From the NCBI RefSeq assembly GCF_009914755.1, contig NC_060926.1: a stretch of 64,000 nucleotides of DNA. The stretch is one strand, 5' to 3'. A program made the translations under genes and the position numbers. The number at the start of each line of letters is the position of its first letter. The first letter of the stretch is position 1. The DNA is from the human T2T-CHM13v2.0 reference genome, Homo sapiens. Positions 1 to 15,244 of this stretch are shown here, piece after piece. Below the pieces are notes generated by a model that saw only the letters and a program-made list of their open reading frames with translations, did not search any database and was not told the origin of the DNA.

Positions 1-429
1 TCATTGTTGGACATTTGGGTTGGTTCCAAGTCTTTGCTATTGTGAATAATGCCGCAATAAACATACATGTGCCTGTGTCTTTATAGCAGCATGATTTATA
101 GTCCTTTGGGTATATACCCAGTAATGGGATGGCTGGGTCAAATGGTATTTCTAGTTCTAGATCCCTGAGGAATGGCCACACTGACTTCCACAATGGTTGA
201 ACTAGTTTACAGTCCCACCAACAGTGTAAAAGTGTTCCTATTTCTCCACATCCTCTCCAGCACCTGTTGTTTCCTGACTTTTTAATGATCGCCATTCTAA
301 CTGGTGTGAGATGGTATCTCATTGTGGTTTTGATTTCCATTTCTCTGATGGCCAGTGATGGTGAGCATTTTTTTCATGTGTTTTTTGGCTGCATAAATGT
401 CTTCTTTTGAGAAGTGTCTGTTCATGTCC
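1..429 (-). mobile_element. L1PA (about PA3/PA4) ORF2 3' region; 5'-truncated at about 429 and running off the window start
   Basis: Reverse complement of L1 ORF2 C-terminal sequence (tcattgttggacatttgggttggttccaag...gagaagtgtctgttcatgtcc); unique sequence starts abruptly at 430. Confidence 0.95.
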
Positions 430-1894
430 GAGTCATAGTCTTAGAATTTAAGAAAGCTGGAAGAAGCTGTGTGAAATAGCCTACCCATATTTATTATGTT
501 GCAAATAGTGAACCCAATTCCATAGAAGCATGCTGCCTTGTGAGAAAATATCTCCTGATTAGTCTAGAGGTGTTTCCATTTTTATCATATTATCTCAATT
601 AATTTATATATGCTATTCTTGTATATTTTCAATTACGTCTTTCTCAGAATGCAAAGTTAAATTGCCATTGACTTTACCTCAGTTAATCGTCATTGTTAAA
701 TTGCTATCATTTGTCAGCTGATGAAAAATTTAAATGCCTCATTTAGGAGCACATCATTATTTCAGCAAATTTATGACATTGTGTATCTATTTTCATACAG
801 TCTTTGAGCTTTATATTCCTAACAAAATGTCTTTTTGGACTTCTTCTGTCTTAGATGGTTTGAACAGCCACAATTCTTGTTTTAGGTATTCTTATCTAGT
901 CCTATTGCTTGATCTCTTGACTGTTCAAAAATCTGAATTCTATGATTTTGTTTGTACTTTAATTTATACCTGCAAGGCTGATTTTGCCAAAGTCTTAATC
1001 ATTCCAATCTGTTGCTCAAAACCTGGTCAGGATCCACTGTTTCTTTTTTTAAATGTTATGTTTTCACATAATGGTAAAGAACTTCCATATCCAAACTCAA
1101 ATTACCTTTATGGCCTTCTTTATTTCTACGCTTCTGCATGTAATAATTTGGACTGCTTGTATTTACTTAAAAGAAAATGTCAGATATTTATTTCATTTGC
1201 CTAAAATATTTCTCATTTTGATATATAGTTGTTGAGATCACACTAGTCTTCACATTCCAGACTAAATACCACCATCCACCATCTCAAACAAGCATCGCCT
1301 GTTCATACAAACCACAAGTAATATCTCCGTTCCTTGTATTTAATTCTGCTGCCTTGCCTTAGAATATGCATTTGATTTTGACTAAAATATCTACATCTGC
1401 CAGCATATAAATAGAAATAAAAATTTAAATACAACTTCCTGTATGTTCAGCTAGGGATAGCATATGATAAATGTGATTATAACACAGGAAGTAAACCTAA
1501 AAGGATGTAGTCCTCATTAATCTTGTAGTCCTGAACAATGTATAAATTGTTTTCCGCCCTCCAAAATGCAGAATATTTTGTGTAATTCCTTGTATTTCTC
1601 TCCTTTCTGCTACAGAATATAAAATAGAGAAAAATCCATTTCTGGTGCTACCAGATAGCAACAGTAGTCCTAAATTGGTGTAAAACCATATGATAATTAA
1701 CAGAAAAAACAACTACACAAACTTCTTTGATGAAGACTCAGTGATAAAGCCAAAGTCTTGAGCAATTGTATACAGATGTTGAAAATGTTCAATTTTTGCT
1801 GTCTGTACAAATATGAAACATACAAAGCTATCAGAAGTAGTCCACCAAAGATGATTCAGGTATGAAAAGAATGAAAACCTATAAGGTATTCATA

Positions 1895-2062
1895 TCTGAA
1901 GGAGGGTGGGATGAGGGAGAGGGGCAGAAAAAATAATTATTGGGTACTAGGCACCGTATCTAGGTGATGAAATAATGCGTACAACAAACCCCTGTGATCC
2001 AAGTTTATCTAAAAAGTAACCTGCACATGCACCTGTGAACATAAAATAAAAGTTAAAAAAAA
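1895..2062 (+). mobile_element. Older L1PA/L1PB 3' end fragment
   Basis: ggagggtgggatgagggagagg...gtgatgaaataat...acaacaaacccctgtga...cctgcacatg...aaataaaagttaaaaaaaa matches the L1 3'UTR and tail. Confidence 0.85.
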
Positions 2063-2579
2063 GCATAATAAGTCATTTTCTAACTGAGGAGACTATAGGG
2101 TACCAGGTTGCATTTCATTTTTTCATGAAATAGCTATACTCACATTAACTGTTATTTGTGCTTTGGGGAACACTTTTTTTTTCCACTCTGAGTCATGTAA
2201 CGTCAAAGGCAAAATGAGCAGTAGTGGCCGGTGGTCTAGCTTTGGTTGTAGGTCTCCTCTGCCTTTCATCTACCTACCTCTAATCTTAAGAAAGGTATTG
2301 TCCACATGATCTTGGTATTCTCCCATCATTCCACACTGGTATTTTAAGACAAAAACCAGAATGATAAAACTTACTTATTTGCTGGTCCAGGAATTCTATA
2401 CTCTTTGTGCCTCACATTGAAGGTTGTTGGTAAACTTTTAATTCCTCAAGATAATCACAGCACCTTAAATTTGCCTGTTTCTATAAGAGTGGGAGGCATT
2501 TTTATGTAAATAATCTCTTTTGATCATTATACAATATTTTGACGTAACTAATGAATTATTATTGTCCTCACTTTGCAAA

Positions 2580-2960
2580 TGTTCTGAGCCAGGCCTTGTG
2601 ATTAGTGTTGTCGATACGTTATTGAATAAAATTGGCATGGTTTCTTTCCTCATGAAAATTAGAGTTCTATAAGCAAAGTAACAAATTACAAAGACACTTT
2701 TCATAAAGCTTTCTCCAGGTGAAGGGATCAGTTAGGATTTAAGTATTACAAACTGTGCTAAGTCTTGTGAAGAAAGAAATAGGGCTCCAGAAAGAGAATA
2801 ATAAGAGGAAAGTATTTTGTTTGGGGAGTCATGGAAACTCTCCCTGAGGTGGTGACCAGGAAGTTAAGATATGAGGTGCAAGAAAGACCCAGCCACATCA
2901 AGAGTTAAAGGGAAAAAAGGTCTCCTGATTCTGGGAATCACTGTAGGAATGTCCCAAAGT
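2580..2960 (-). mobile_element. L2 fragment
   Basis: Degenerate match to the L2 3' end in reverse (gagccaggccttgtgattagtgttg...gatacg...tcctcatgaaaattagagttcta; ggaaactctccctgaggtggtgac). Confidence 0.55.
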
Positions 2961-3011
2961 TATTCATCTAGTTAGGAAGCAGAGCTAAAATTTAGCAGAA
3001 ATTTCTGAAAA

Positions 3012-3140
3012 TGATAATTCACATTTGCCTAGCTCTTTTCAAAGTGCTTTCATGTGTATAATCTCATTTAATAATTATGCTATGAGGTGGAAAACTTGGA
3101 GAATGATTGATAGGTAGAAAATTTTCCATCCTCCTTTTGA
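3012..3140 (-). mobile_element. MIR fragment
   Basis: ttttcaaagtgctttcatgtgtataatctcattta...ctatgaggtgg resembles the MIR core in reverse. Confidence 0.5.
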
Positions 3141-4149
3141 CTTAGATTCTATTATTAATTGTGAAGGAAAAAAATCTAAGATTAGGTAAAAGACATTCTG
3201 AGTGGCATATGAATTGTTTGTAGGTAAAATATTCAATAAGATATTTCCCATTTGTCAGTGTTGAGAGTGAAAGCATCCCCCAAATATTCAGAACATGTGA
3301 TTAGATGCTAATCATTTGCCTTCAGTGAGCCCACACTGTGTTCAGAGCTTTAGGTGAAGTATTTTAAGGGAAAAATTGACTTCATAGAGCTATAAGTTAA
3401 GTTTTAAAACATTCTAAAAATCTTTAAATGAGGAATTAGGATACATACATACACATGTATAAATATTTCTAAGTGACATATGTGTGTGTGCATATATCCA
3501 TGTGTATACATACATTTTTAAATTCTCTAAGCAATATGTACCGCCTATATACAAATGTGTAGGAATGTATACATGATGCTTACAGTTATTTTAAAGTGTA
3601 TATATAAAAGACTGACCATAAATATGCTTTAAGTCACACAGTCTGTACCACATTTTTCTCCATCTATTAAAAATGACAATCGTATTAACTTGCCTATAAT
3701 TAATATATCTTAGTAAAGACTATGACTGAAAAAAACATTAAAAGACAATACATTATTAAATTTCAAAAACATCAGGCCGTGAACTTTTGTAAAATAATTT
3801 ATTCATGTAGACAATTTATTAAAGTAATCACTCATGTAGAATTTCAAAATATTATTTTTGTAAACTTTTTTGTGTTCTATGTTCAAATGCAGAAGTATGC
3901 ATTAAATTGTTCATTTTATTATGTGTATTTTTCAGAAGTTATTTTAAATAACCTTCTTTTCAACGTACAGGAGATGTTATAGTCTTTACTCAGCAACTAG
4001 AGTGGTTCTTTTAAAACACAATGAACACATGAATAAAATGGGTTTAAAGAATGCCTACACACAGATGTGTAGAAATGCTAAGTATCAGTATACTGTTTAG
4101 TTCCAAAGCTCAAAACACTGCACTGGCAGACCCTCTCACCCAGTCAAAG

Positions 4150-4635
4150 CCTAAGTGTTCCAGAGGCCCACAGTACCACATAATTTGCTCTCCTGACAAC
4201 TCTTATTTTATCTTCTAACATTTCCTGCTTGTATATTCTACAACAGCCACATTGGCATTCTTGGAACATACAAAAAATGCTCCTGTCTCATGGTCTTTCC
4301 ACCTGTTCCCTCTGCCTGGAGGATTTTTTCCTCAAATAAACATTTGAGTCACTTCCTCATTTTCTTCAGAACTCCAGTCAAATGTCACCTCATCAGAGAT
4401 GTCTTTCTGCACTACTGTTTAAAAATTGGACACATATTCTCCTAGTGTTCACTAGTTCTCTTATTCTGTTTTATTATTCTTCATGGTGCCTATCACCATT
4501 CAACAAATAATTTTAGTATTTTTTTTTACTTCTTCTATTGTAATATAAACTCATAAAGGGAGGGAGTGTGTCCTTTTGTTTTGTGTTAAGTCTTCATCCT
4601 AGGAGAAAGTGGACACTCAATAAATGTTTGTTGGG
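4150..4635 (+). mobile_element. L2 3' end
   Basis: ctgttccctctgcctgga...caaatgtcacctcatcagag...cactcaataaatgtttgttg is the typical L2 terminus. Confidence 0.8.
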
Positions 4636-5844
4636 TGGTGGAAAGAGAGTGTTGTACAGAGAAGTAGTGAAAAGTTTTTGCTATCACACTAAACTCTTCA
4701 TAGTAATGGGTTGCCTACCTAGTGACTATGTAGCAGTTTTTCTTATATTTCCCCCTTTGAGAAAAACGATGTAATCATTTGGCCAAGATGGAGATCTTTA
4801 TGTATATAACATTCATCTCCTGTAACAAGGAGAGCAAACACTAATGAATGCAATGAGGAAAGCAGCCTATTTTCAGAGAAGTACACACATTTATTTACTT
4901 TTTAACTCTCTAGTAGGGGAAACAATCACAGACTATTTGATAAGCAAAGGACCTTAGATGTTACCTGAAACACCTTCATTAGCAGAAGGGAAAAATGACA
5001 CATGTAGAGGCAAGAAAGACACAAAGCCAATGAATGGAGGAGCCAGCGTTACCTTCCATTCTTTTCTAATTATCAAACCCAGCCATACCACTGTGTCCTC
5101 ATTTTCATTACAATGCCGAATAAAGTTACAAATCAATCAAAAATTTTTTACAAGTGATAGATAAATAAGGACAAGGGTAAAACAGTTTGTAGCTAGCAAC
5201 CAATGGATAAACAATAAATTGCAATAACCAGAATAATTAGAGCCACAAGAAGGAATGTTGACAAATTTGCATATTCAGAAGAGCCAAAAATATTCTTATT
5301 AGGGTAGGTATCTGCTGGTCATAATCTTTGATCAAGAGGTACCATGTTTTGTCTTCAGATGGCCCCAAAACTTTTTTCATATATGGAAAGACCTGTTTAC
5401 TAAAAAGTTTACTGGTGAATTTCATGTGTTTTTTGGGCTTTTATGCTTCGCAAGTCTCCATACACCATCTTGGTTATCACAGTTCAATTTTTATATTTGG
5501 TATAAAATTTGTCAACAATAACTGACATAAATATTTTTGCTAGAATTCATACTTATGAAAATGCTTCCAATTTAACTAGAGATGAAACAAAAAATTACAG
5601 ATATAAAATACACCAATAAGATCAACAGAAGAAAACATAATGTACGCAAAATTCTAATTTCAATGTATATTATAAGGTTATGTGGTATCAAGAATGGCTG
5701 TAAGTCCACTTTAACAATGGGGCAGATCATTGTCTTCTTGGAATATTTATGTTGACTGTACTGAATTTTAACAGAAAGTTTGAGGATAGATGATCCTTTA
5801 GGGCTAATCATTTATTTTTTATAAATATGGAGCAAAGAACCAAA

Positions 5845-6040
5845 TCCCTGTTCCTGCATGTTCCAGATGTTTGACCTCAGACAAGTTAGTTAACCTCTTT
5901 GTAAATGTTTTCTCCTGTATAAAATGGAGATGATGATAAAGTCTACCTGATAGGTTTGTCATGAAGATTAACTGATTTATTATATGCAAAGCACTTAGAA
6001 CAATGCCTGGCACAGATAGGTACAATTGAAGGGCTTACTA
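5845..6040 (+). mobile_element. MIR
   Basis: tgacctcagacaagttagttaacctct...taaaatggagatgatgataa...aagcacttagaacaatgcctggcaca matches the MIR core. Confidence 0.85.
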
Positions 6041-6208
6041 CTAACATTATTGCTACTACTTCTCTATTACTCTTACTGTTGTGTAGTTGCTGTTTCAGGG
6101 ATTCACAGAAATTCAAAATATGAAAGTTTTACTTACTTTGGTTTTTGTTATTCCACTTTGGTTTTCTTCTAAACCTAGATTCTCTATTAGATCAAAAAAG
6201 TGGGCCAG

Positions 6209-6251
6209 AAGAGAGAGAGAGAGAGAGAGAGAAAATAGAGAGAGAGAGAGA
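6209..6251. repeat. Interrupted (GA)n microsatellite
   Basis: Read directly. Confidence 0.95.
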
Positions 6252-6259
6252 ATAGAGAT

Positions 6260-7283
6260 AGTCCTGGACACAGGACCTGGCAAAGATTTCATGACAAAGA
6301 CTTCAAAAACAATTGCAACAAAAATAAAAATTGACAAATGGGTTAAACTGAATAGCTTATGCATAGCAAAGCAAAATATCAACAAAGTAAACAGACAACC
6401 TACAGAATGGGAGAAAATATTTTCAAACTATGCATCAACAAAAGTCTAATGTCAACAATCTATAAAGAACTTAAACAAATTAACAAGCAAAAACAAAACA
6501 ATCCCATTATAAAAGGTCAAAGAACATGAACAGACACTTCTCAAAATATCTACATGTGATCAACAAGCATATGGAAAAATGCTCAATATCAATGATTGTT
6601 AGAGAAATGCAAATCAAAGCCACAATGAGATACCATCTCACAACAGTGAGAATAGCTACTATTAAAAAGTCAAAAAATAACAGATGCTAGTGAGGTTGAG
6701 AATAAAAGGGAATGCTTATACACTGCTGGTGGGAAGGTAAATTAGCTCAGCCATTGTGGAAAGGAGTGTGGCAATTTCTCAAATAACTTAGGACAGAATT
6801 ACCATTCAACTTAGCAATCCCATTATTGGATATATTCCCAAAGGAATATAAATCATTCTACCATAAAGACACATGCATATGTATGTTCATCACAGCACTA
6901 TTCACAAAAGCAAAGACATGGAATCAACCTAAATGCCCATCAACAGTAGACTGGATGAAGAAAATGTGGTACATATACACCATGGAATACTATGTACACC
7001 ATGAAATACCACACAGCCATGACAATGAATGAGATCATATCCTTTGCAGCAACATGGATGGAGCTGGAGGTTATTATTTGAAGTGAACTAACAACAGACA
7101 CTAGGGCTTGCTTGAGGGTAGAGGGTAGGAGGAGGGTAAGCATTGAAAAAGTACCTATCAGGTATTGTGCTTATTACCTGGGTGATGCAATAATCTGTAC
7201 ACCAAACCCCCATGACATGCACTTTACCTATATAACAAACCTACACATGTACCCCTGAATCTAAAATAAAAGTTATAAAAAAG
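6260..7283 (+). mobile_element. 5'-truncated older L1PA/L1PB (ORF2 C-terminus and 3'UTR)
   Basis: Translates to [21 protein letters not shown] and [21 protein letters not shown]; ends cacatgtacccctgaatctaaaataaaagtt plus an A-tail. Confidence 0.93.
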
Positions 7284-7311
7284 AGTATAAAGAGAGGGAA
7301 GAGGAAAGTAA

Positions 7312-7312
<1 letters not shown>

Positions 7313-7369
<57 letters not shown>
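7313..7369. repeat. Compound (CA)n(GA)n microsatellite
   Basis: Read directly. Confidence 0.97.
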
Positions 7370-7706
7370 AGAAACTCGAAGAAGAATCCAGTTAAGAATC
7401 TGGAGGAAAGGAAATGCAATTATGGCATAATGGAGGCAGAATGGTGAAAAACCCAGGAGAAGGAGGAATTGGTGATAGCCTTTTCAGATTAAAGTAAGAG
7501 AAAGGTTTGACTCTTTGGAGTTTCAGTTGATGAAAACTCAAAAGCAGATTATAAGTTTGTGCATGCATATGATCCATATGGGCTCAAACTGGTCTATGTA
7601 AACAACTGCCTGCAAAGTTCTCCAAGATTTCATCCCTGGAAAAAGTGACACTAAACGCCCCCTTCCAAGAACTGCAACTGAGGCAGTTTTTCCCCTCTGA
7701 GTTCTT

Positions 7707-9429
<1,723 letters not shown>

Positions 9430-11761
9430 TGAGTTCTTATATGAGTGTCACTCTAGACCATGAGCTATGTATAAGCAGTACTGAAGAATGCTAACTGTGT
9501 GGTTACGATACTCACTGTATGGTTAAGTATTCCAAACTGCCTTGCCAAATGAGTGTTGTTTATTTGGAAGTTACATCAAAATTTTTAAAAATCATGCAAT
9601 ATATGTGGGGAAGAGTGCATCACAGACTGAATTAATGATTTAAACATAGAGCCATAATTCTAGGAGCTAATTGCAAAATGAATCAAGGTATTAATTGAAG
9701 AAATGTTTGAATCACCGTATAACTCTAAAATAATTACTTTTTCGAAATATAAATGTATAACATTGGTAAATAAAAGAAACATTCAAGCACCTTTGAAAGA
9801 GAAAGAAAGCAAGAAATCAAGTGGTTTATTTGCAGGCACATTGATTCATGCAGATACACTACTGAAAATGATTACATAGGAATAGAGAAAAAAACACAGG
9901 CATTACTAGAAGCTGGCATTTGAAATAGATATACATTTTTAAAGACTGACATCTACCGAAAATTAGAACTATTGACATGAAATAATTTTATTTCAACCCA
10001 ACTTTGGGGGCTATTATGCTGAAGCCCTAACGAAATAAATACAATGTTAAATTCTGAGCAAGTTTTATTTTTCTAAAGTTTTTTATTTTTATTTCATTTT
10101 TTTTTTTTTTACAGCTGAGACTAGGCAGGAAAATTGTAGTTCACTCTTAATTATAGAGTTGCAAAAGCAATGCTGTAATTAGAGCTGTGAAAATTGTCTG
10201 GCGACAAATTTTCTTTGTAGTTTGAAGGAGTGAAAAGTCCTATTGATAGTATTTGATATGAGTTTCACCAAAGTACACCAAAGGGATACACTAACTTCTT
10301 AATATTTCTCTAACACTTTGAATGTGACAACTGCTAATTGTTATTATTCTAGTATGTGGTAGCCATTTTTAAATATTCAGGCTTGTATTTATAAAAGTTT
10401 TGCCACTTTTATAACTGCAATTTTATATTTAGAAGATTAGAGACATGGGCAGGATATAAATACCAACTGAACACTAGAGTCAAAGCTTTTACTCTCAATT
10501 TTTATATCGCATCAAAAGTATTATCTGCATGTAAATAGTAGACATTCAGTGATTTGTAACTAGTCATCATCTGATCAAACCTCCCAATTTCAACAAAGTT
10601 TATCTAAACTCTGCAAGACAGTTGGCTACTTTGTGTCTAAAAGTGTTTAGGAACTTTCATGTTGGCTTGTTTCAATATTAATTATTTTTACTGAGAGGAC
10701 AATTAATTCCCTAATCTGTTATAACACTTTCTGAGTCACTTAAGCAGAACTCTAAAAATAAGAAGATGGATTTAATTTCGATTTTGAAATTAAGTTTCTT
10801 AACTTGATATTCCTGGCTTTATTAATTTAAACCTAAATATATAGAAATGAAGTTTTTGCTATATTTGTTGTAAAAACTAGCACAGCTCATAGAAATATTA
10901 AAAAGTAAGAAATTGAATAGATTGATAGCATTGTTTTGATTGTTACTGTTATTTTAGTAAATAATCTGAAATAAATTAAACATTTTAAAGCACAATTTAG
11001 AAAAAAATATGCAGAATACAGAGAATGGAATCTAGAGACATTTATGGAATTTAAGAAGCTATTTTGTTCAATTCCCAAGTCTAGCTCGAAATTTGTTCCA
11101 GGCTCAATATGCTGCAGTTTTTAGGAATAACCTTCTTCTATGCAGAAGAAATATGAGAAACTATTGACCAGAAACTTATAATGAAATTAAGGAGGTGTTA
11201 ATTCTGCTATGGCCACATATTAAGGTTCCAGAAAATGGGCTTGCTTTTTTTCCTTTTTATTCAATGTTGTTTAAGAAACAACAAAGAAAGGATTAAAACA
11301 TATTTGCTTTACATTAAATAAAAATTAACTCATGCTTTTTTGGAAAGGATACACACAAACAAATGTCTGGTCTTACTATCCTAGTCAAAGAAATATATGT
11401 ATTTTTAAATAAAACATTATTGTCTTTATTGTCTTTATATACAAAATACCAAATCAGAGAAAACTTTCAAAGTTTTCCCTTCACATATATCTATTAGAAA
11501 ATGGTTATTAAAAGAGGGATAATGGTAACTCCACATTTTAACTATTTTACTAAAATGTATATTGAAGACATATTTTATAATGTTATTTATTTCATATATA
11601 CAAATATGAGTAGGAGGAATTTGTAGCTCAGGTAATATTCTTTTCCGCCCTTTGGTATACAAAGCTGAGGGCCTTTGTTTGACAGCCTTCATGGGCTTTT
11701 GTTGCTGAAAGCCGCTTTTCAGGTGTCATTTGACTGTCTCCTAGGAGCCTTTGTTGTTCAA

Positions 11762-11820
11762 AGTCTTTTTAGTCTCATTTTCTGCTATTTAGGTCTTTTC
11801 GGTCTCATTTTCTGCTCTTT
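11762..11820. repeat. About 30-bp imperfect tandem duplication
   Basis: gtctttttagtctcattttctgctattt followed by gtcttttcggtctcattttctgctcttt. Confidence 0.85.
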
Positions 11821-12706
11821 GGGCCCATAGGAACAATTGCTTTTCCAGCATTTGAAAAAGTTTAAGCCCTGGATTCTCTATCATCCATCCTCAGTTTGTT
11901 GCAGATCAGCTAGCTTATACCACATCGTATTGCTTTCTGAAACATCCTGTTAAAAGCAGCAAGGAGAAGCCAACAGACTCTGACATATTGACTCCTTTCC
12001 AACCACTTCTCCTACAGCTACACACTCAGTAGGGACTTTGTAAGCCTGCCAAATTATCATAAGCTGCTGCTTTCCCAAATGTTTACTGTGACGTAAAAAG
12101 GATTTCCAGTTTTCCTGTTGGCTGAATCTGTTTCCTTGTTGCACAGTTACTGACAGCTGAGCCAAAGTCATGACTTTTATTTATTAATTTTTAGCCCTGC
12201 AACTTTAGCATGGCCTTCACACTTACATTTCTCATGTGAAAGAGCAAGAGTTTTCTTCCTTTATTTTTTTTTAGTATTGGCTAATAAAAGTTAAGTATAC
12301 ATTCTTATATTTTTTTCATGTAATTGTCTGAAGTATGATATACAGTACATTTTCAGAGATTTTTTTAATCTCTCAAATCTTAATGCTAAATATTCTACCT
12401 GTTGTAGTTTACAAATGTGCAAGATGCGTAAAGACAAGTCATTCTATTTTTAGACAGTGGTGATTACAGAGCTTTTTGACATTTGTTCTTAAAAACGTTT
12501 AATTGTACAAAAACTCTTTTATCTCTTATATTTAATGAAATAAAACTAGCTACACATTCATTTATGTAAAATAAGTTTGTGACTTTTCAGATTTACTCAC
12601 TTAGAAGATGCATTCATGGTACATTAGCAAGAAAATCTATGTGACATTTTAAGAGAAAATCAAGTGAAATCAATGAAATGAATTTGTAAAACTCATATAG
12701 AAGCAT

Positions 12707-13096
12707 ATGTGGCACATATACACCATGGAATACTACGCAGCCATAAAAAATGATGAGTTCATGTCCTTTGTAGGGACATGGATGAAACTGGAAACCATCA
12801 TTCTCAGCAAACTATCGCAAGGACAAAAAACCAAACACCGCATGTTCTCACTCATAGGTTGGAATTGAACAATGAGAACACATGGACACAGGAAGGGGAA
12901 CATCACACTCTGGGGACTGTTGTGGGGTGGGGGGACGGGGGAGGGATAGCATTAGGAGATATACCTAATGCTAAATGATGAGTTAATGGGTGCAGCACAC
13001 CAGCATGGCACATGTATTTTACTTATGTAACAAACCTGCACATTGCGCACATGTACCCTAAAACTTAAAGTATAATAATAATAAAATTTAAAAAAA
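12707..13096 (+). mobile_element. L1PA (about PA4-5) 3' end, 5'-truncated
   Basis: atgtggcacatatacaccatggaatac...gtaccctaaaacttaaagtataataataataaaa. Confidence 0.95.
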
Positions 13097-13890
13097 GTAA
13101 ATGCCAAAATTAGTTGACAGAACAAAATATTCCACAAAGATGATTTTTTTTCTCTTTTGTTATTGAATTCAGCCACTTATAATTACTGAGTAAATTATGT
13201 TTGTAAATAAAAGCAATTTTATCATTGAGAAACCAAGATGATTACTATGTAGTGTGACTTCAGAAATGTTTCAAAATAAAATTCAAGTGCTTTTTTTCAT
13301 AAAAAGAAATTGAATTAAAATTGTAAGAAAGTTTTAGTAAACTATTTATTGATGAGATACTGGAATTCAGTGAATGTGGGGGCTATTTGATACTAGTGAC
13401 ATGCCTATTGCATAGGTCAGAAGCAGAACTGATGCTAAGAAAGAAAACTTAAGAGAAATAAATCTTAAAAAGGAGTAAAAATAACAGAGGATGACTAAAA
13501 GATATTTAATGTTACCACAAAAAGTTCAAACCTTCTCAGCAGTATTTTGGTTTAAAGATAATTTTCCAAATGGTTTGCTTCCCCTTTCTGGCTCCTATTG
13601 GTCCCTAGGAAGCACTTTCCCTTTCAGTACCCAGAGCATTGCCTTTCACCTATGTACCCATTTCCAAATCTCTGCTCTCCAGAAAGCATTTCATGAAAGT
13701 CAAGTATACTTTTTATGAACAAGGGCAAATGTGCACACTCCAAGAGGATCTGATTTCATCTTCTGCCACTAATGTTTTGAATAAAATCTTTCTTTTACTT
13801 AAATAACCTGAAGTATAATAAAATAAGAAAAAAGATTTAAAGAGGCAGAAGAGGTTTTCTTGGTAACAAATTACACCATTAAAGACATTC

Positions 13891-14028
13891 TGGCTAGGTG
13901 TGGTGGCTCAACCTGTAATCCCAGCTACTTGGGAGGCTGAGACAGGAGGATTGCTGAGATCAGGAGTTCAAGACCAGCCTGGGCAACATAGGGATACCCT
14001 GTCTCTAAAAATAAATAAATAAACAAAA
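13891..14028 (+). mobile_element. FLAM (free left Alu monomer)
   Basis: Single monomer ggctaggtgtggtggctc...gttcaagaccagcctgggcaacatag with an (AAAT)n tail; diverged TSD aaagacattct / aaagccactct. Confidence 0.85.
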
Positions 14029-14559
14029 GCCACTCTGACTACAAAGTATATGAGAGTTAACAGGCTAAATATCACATGGGAATCCTATACCTGTTAAGTG
14101 TACATAATCTTCAGTTAGAAGTAATTCATGACAAGTTATAAAATAAAGAGCTTTATGAAATATACATATACATTAAGAAGCAAAAGAGAATGGTATATCT
14201 AAAAATAAAAAATTAGCAAAATTCAAAAAAGCAAAATTGTCTAACTTTAAAATGGTCAAGATACAAGTATAATATCTCAAACCGAATAACCATGTTTAAA
14301 ACACAAAATATATTTTTAAATTTATTATTTATTTCTAATTTTTAGTTGTTTTAAAAATATGCAGCATCTAGATTTCAAGAAACTGCCACCCTCCTACAAA
14401 TGCAAGGCTAAAAGCAAAGATTATCCAGTTGAGAACAATAGTATTTATTTTATTAAGAATCTTAAATATGAATAGGCTTACATTAAATGAGACCCTTGCA
14501 AACATCTGTCTTCTCTCCCTGTAATGCTCGAAGAGGAAATCACAGCTAGTGAGCAATCA

Positions 14560-14740
14560 TACTACATGACTCAGAAGGGCACTCTTGGAGTGTGCCTTTG
14601 CTATTACCTAACTATAAAACTTTGGCTATTAAATTCCCAATCTTCAGTTTGTCTCATAAAGATTAAAATGACTCCATGGTTGAGTATTTCTGAGATCAAA
14701 ATAAACAACAGTATCCCTAGCACATACTTAGTATAAACAA
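14560..14740 (+). mobile_element. MIR-like fragment
   Basis: Degenerate cttcagtttgtctcata...ctagcacatact. Confidence 0.4.
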
Positions 14741-15244
14741 AGTTATAAAAATGTAAGACTCATAAGGTGACAGAAAACAACTTTATTCTCTGTCCGTACC
14801 AATCCAATCTATCCTGACTTTTGGGTAAAATATGAGGCAGGCCTGTGCCTTTTTTGGTCATTCCCAGGTTAAAAAAAAAAAAGAAAAGAAAAATCCCCTT
14901 CAGAATTTTAAAGAAGGGCACTCTTATTCTATAAACTTATGTTCCACAAAATAGTCAAAATATTGTTTTATTTGAAGTTAGAATCCCCTTCTTCAGCTTT
15001 GCTAAAGGCAGGAACTTGAAATAGAAACAAGGAAACAAGGGTAGGGGAAGCTAGAGGGGAGAGTATAATAGATTTCTTTTCTCCTTGATCTGTCAGCTCC
15101 TTTCTCACCTTCATGACTATTATTTCTTAGCCCTCCATGGCCAGAGTGAAGAAAAAGATCTATAATTTAAAAGTAATAAAAGGTCAAATTTGCTGTGATT
15201 AGCTGAGACATACTCTGGGTTTGGCAGGCATTTATGGGATCTGC

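Noticed and set aside
734-1204. 156-aa ORF on +
   Set aside because: L/F/C/Y-rich composition typical of T-rich non-coding DNA, with no recognisable domain, promoter or splice context.
10085-10120. Splice-acceptor-like motifs (also about 23380, 43084, 52905)
   Set aside because: No matching donor or coding frame identified, and such motifs are expected by chance in T-rich DNA.
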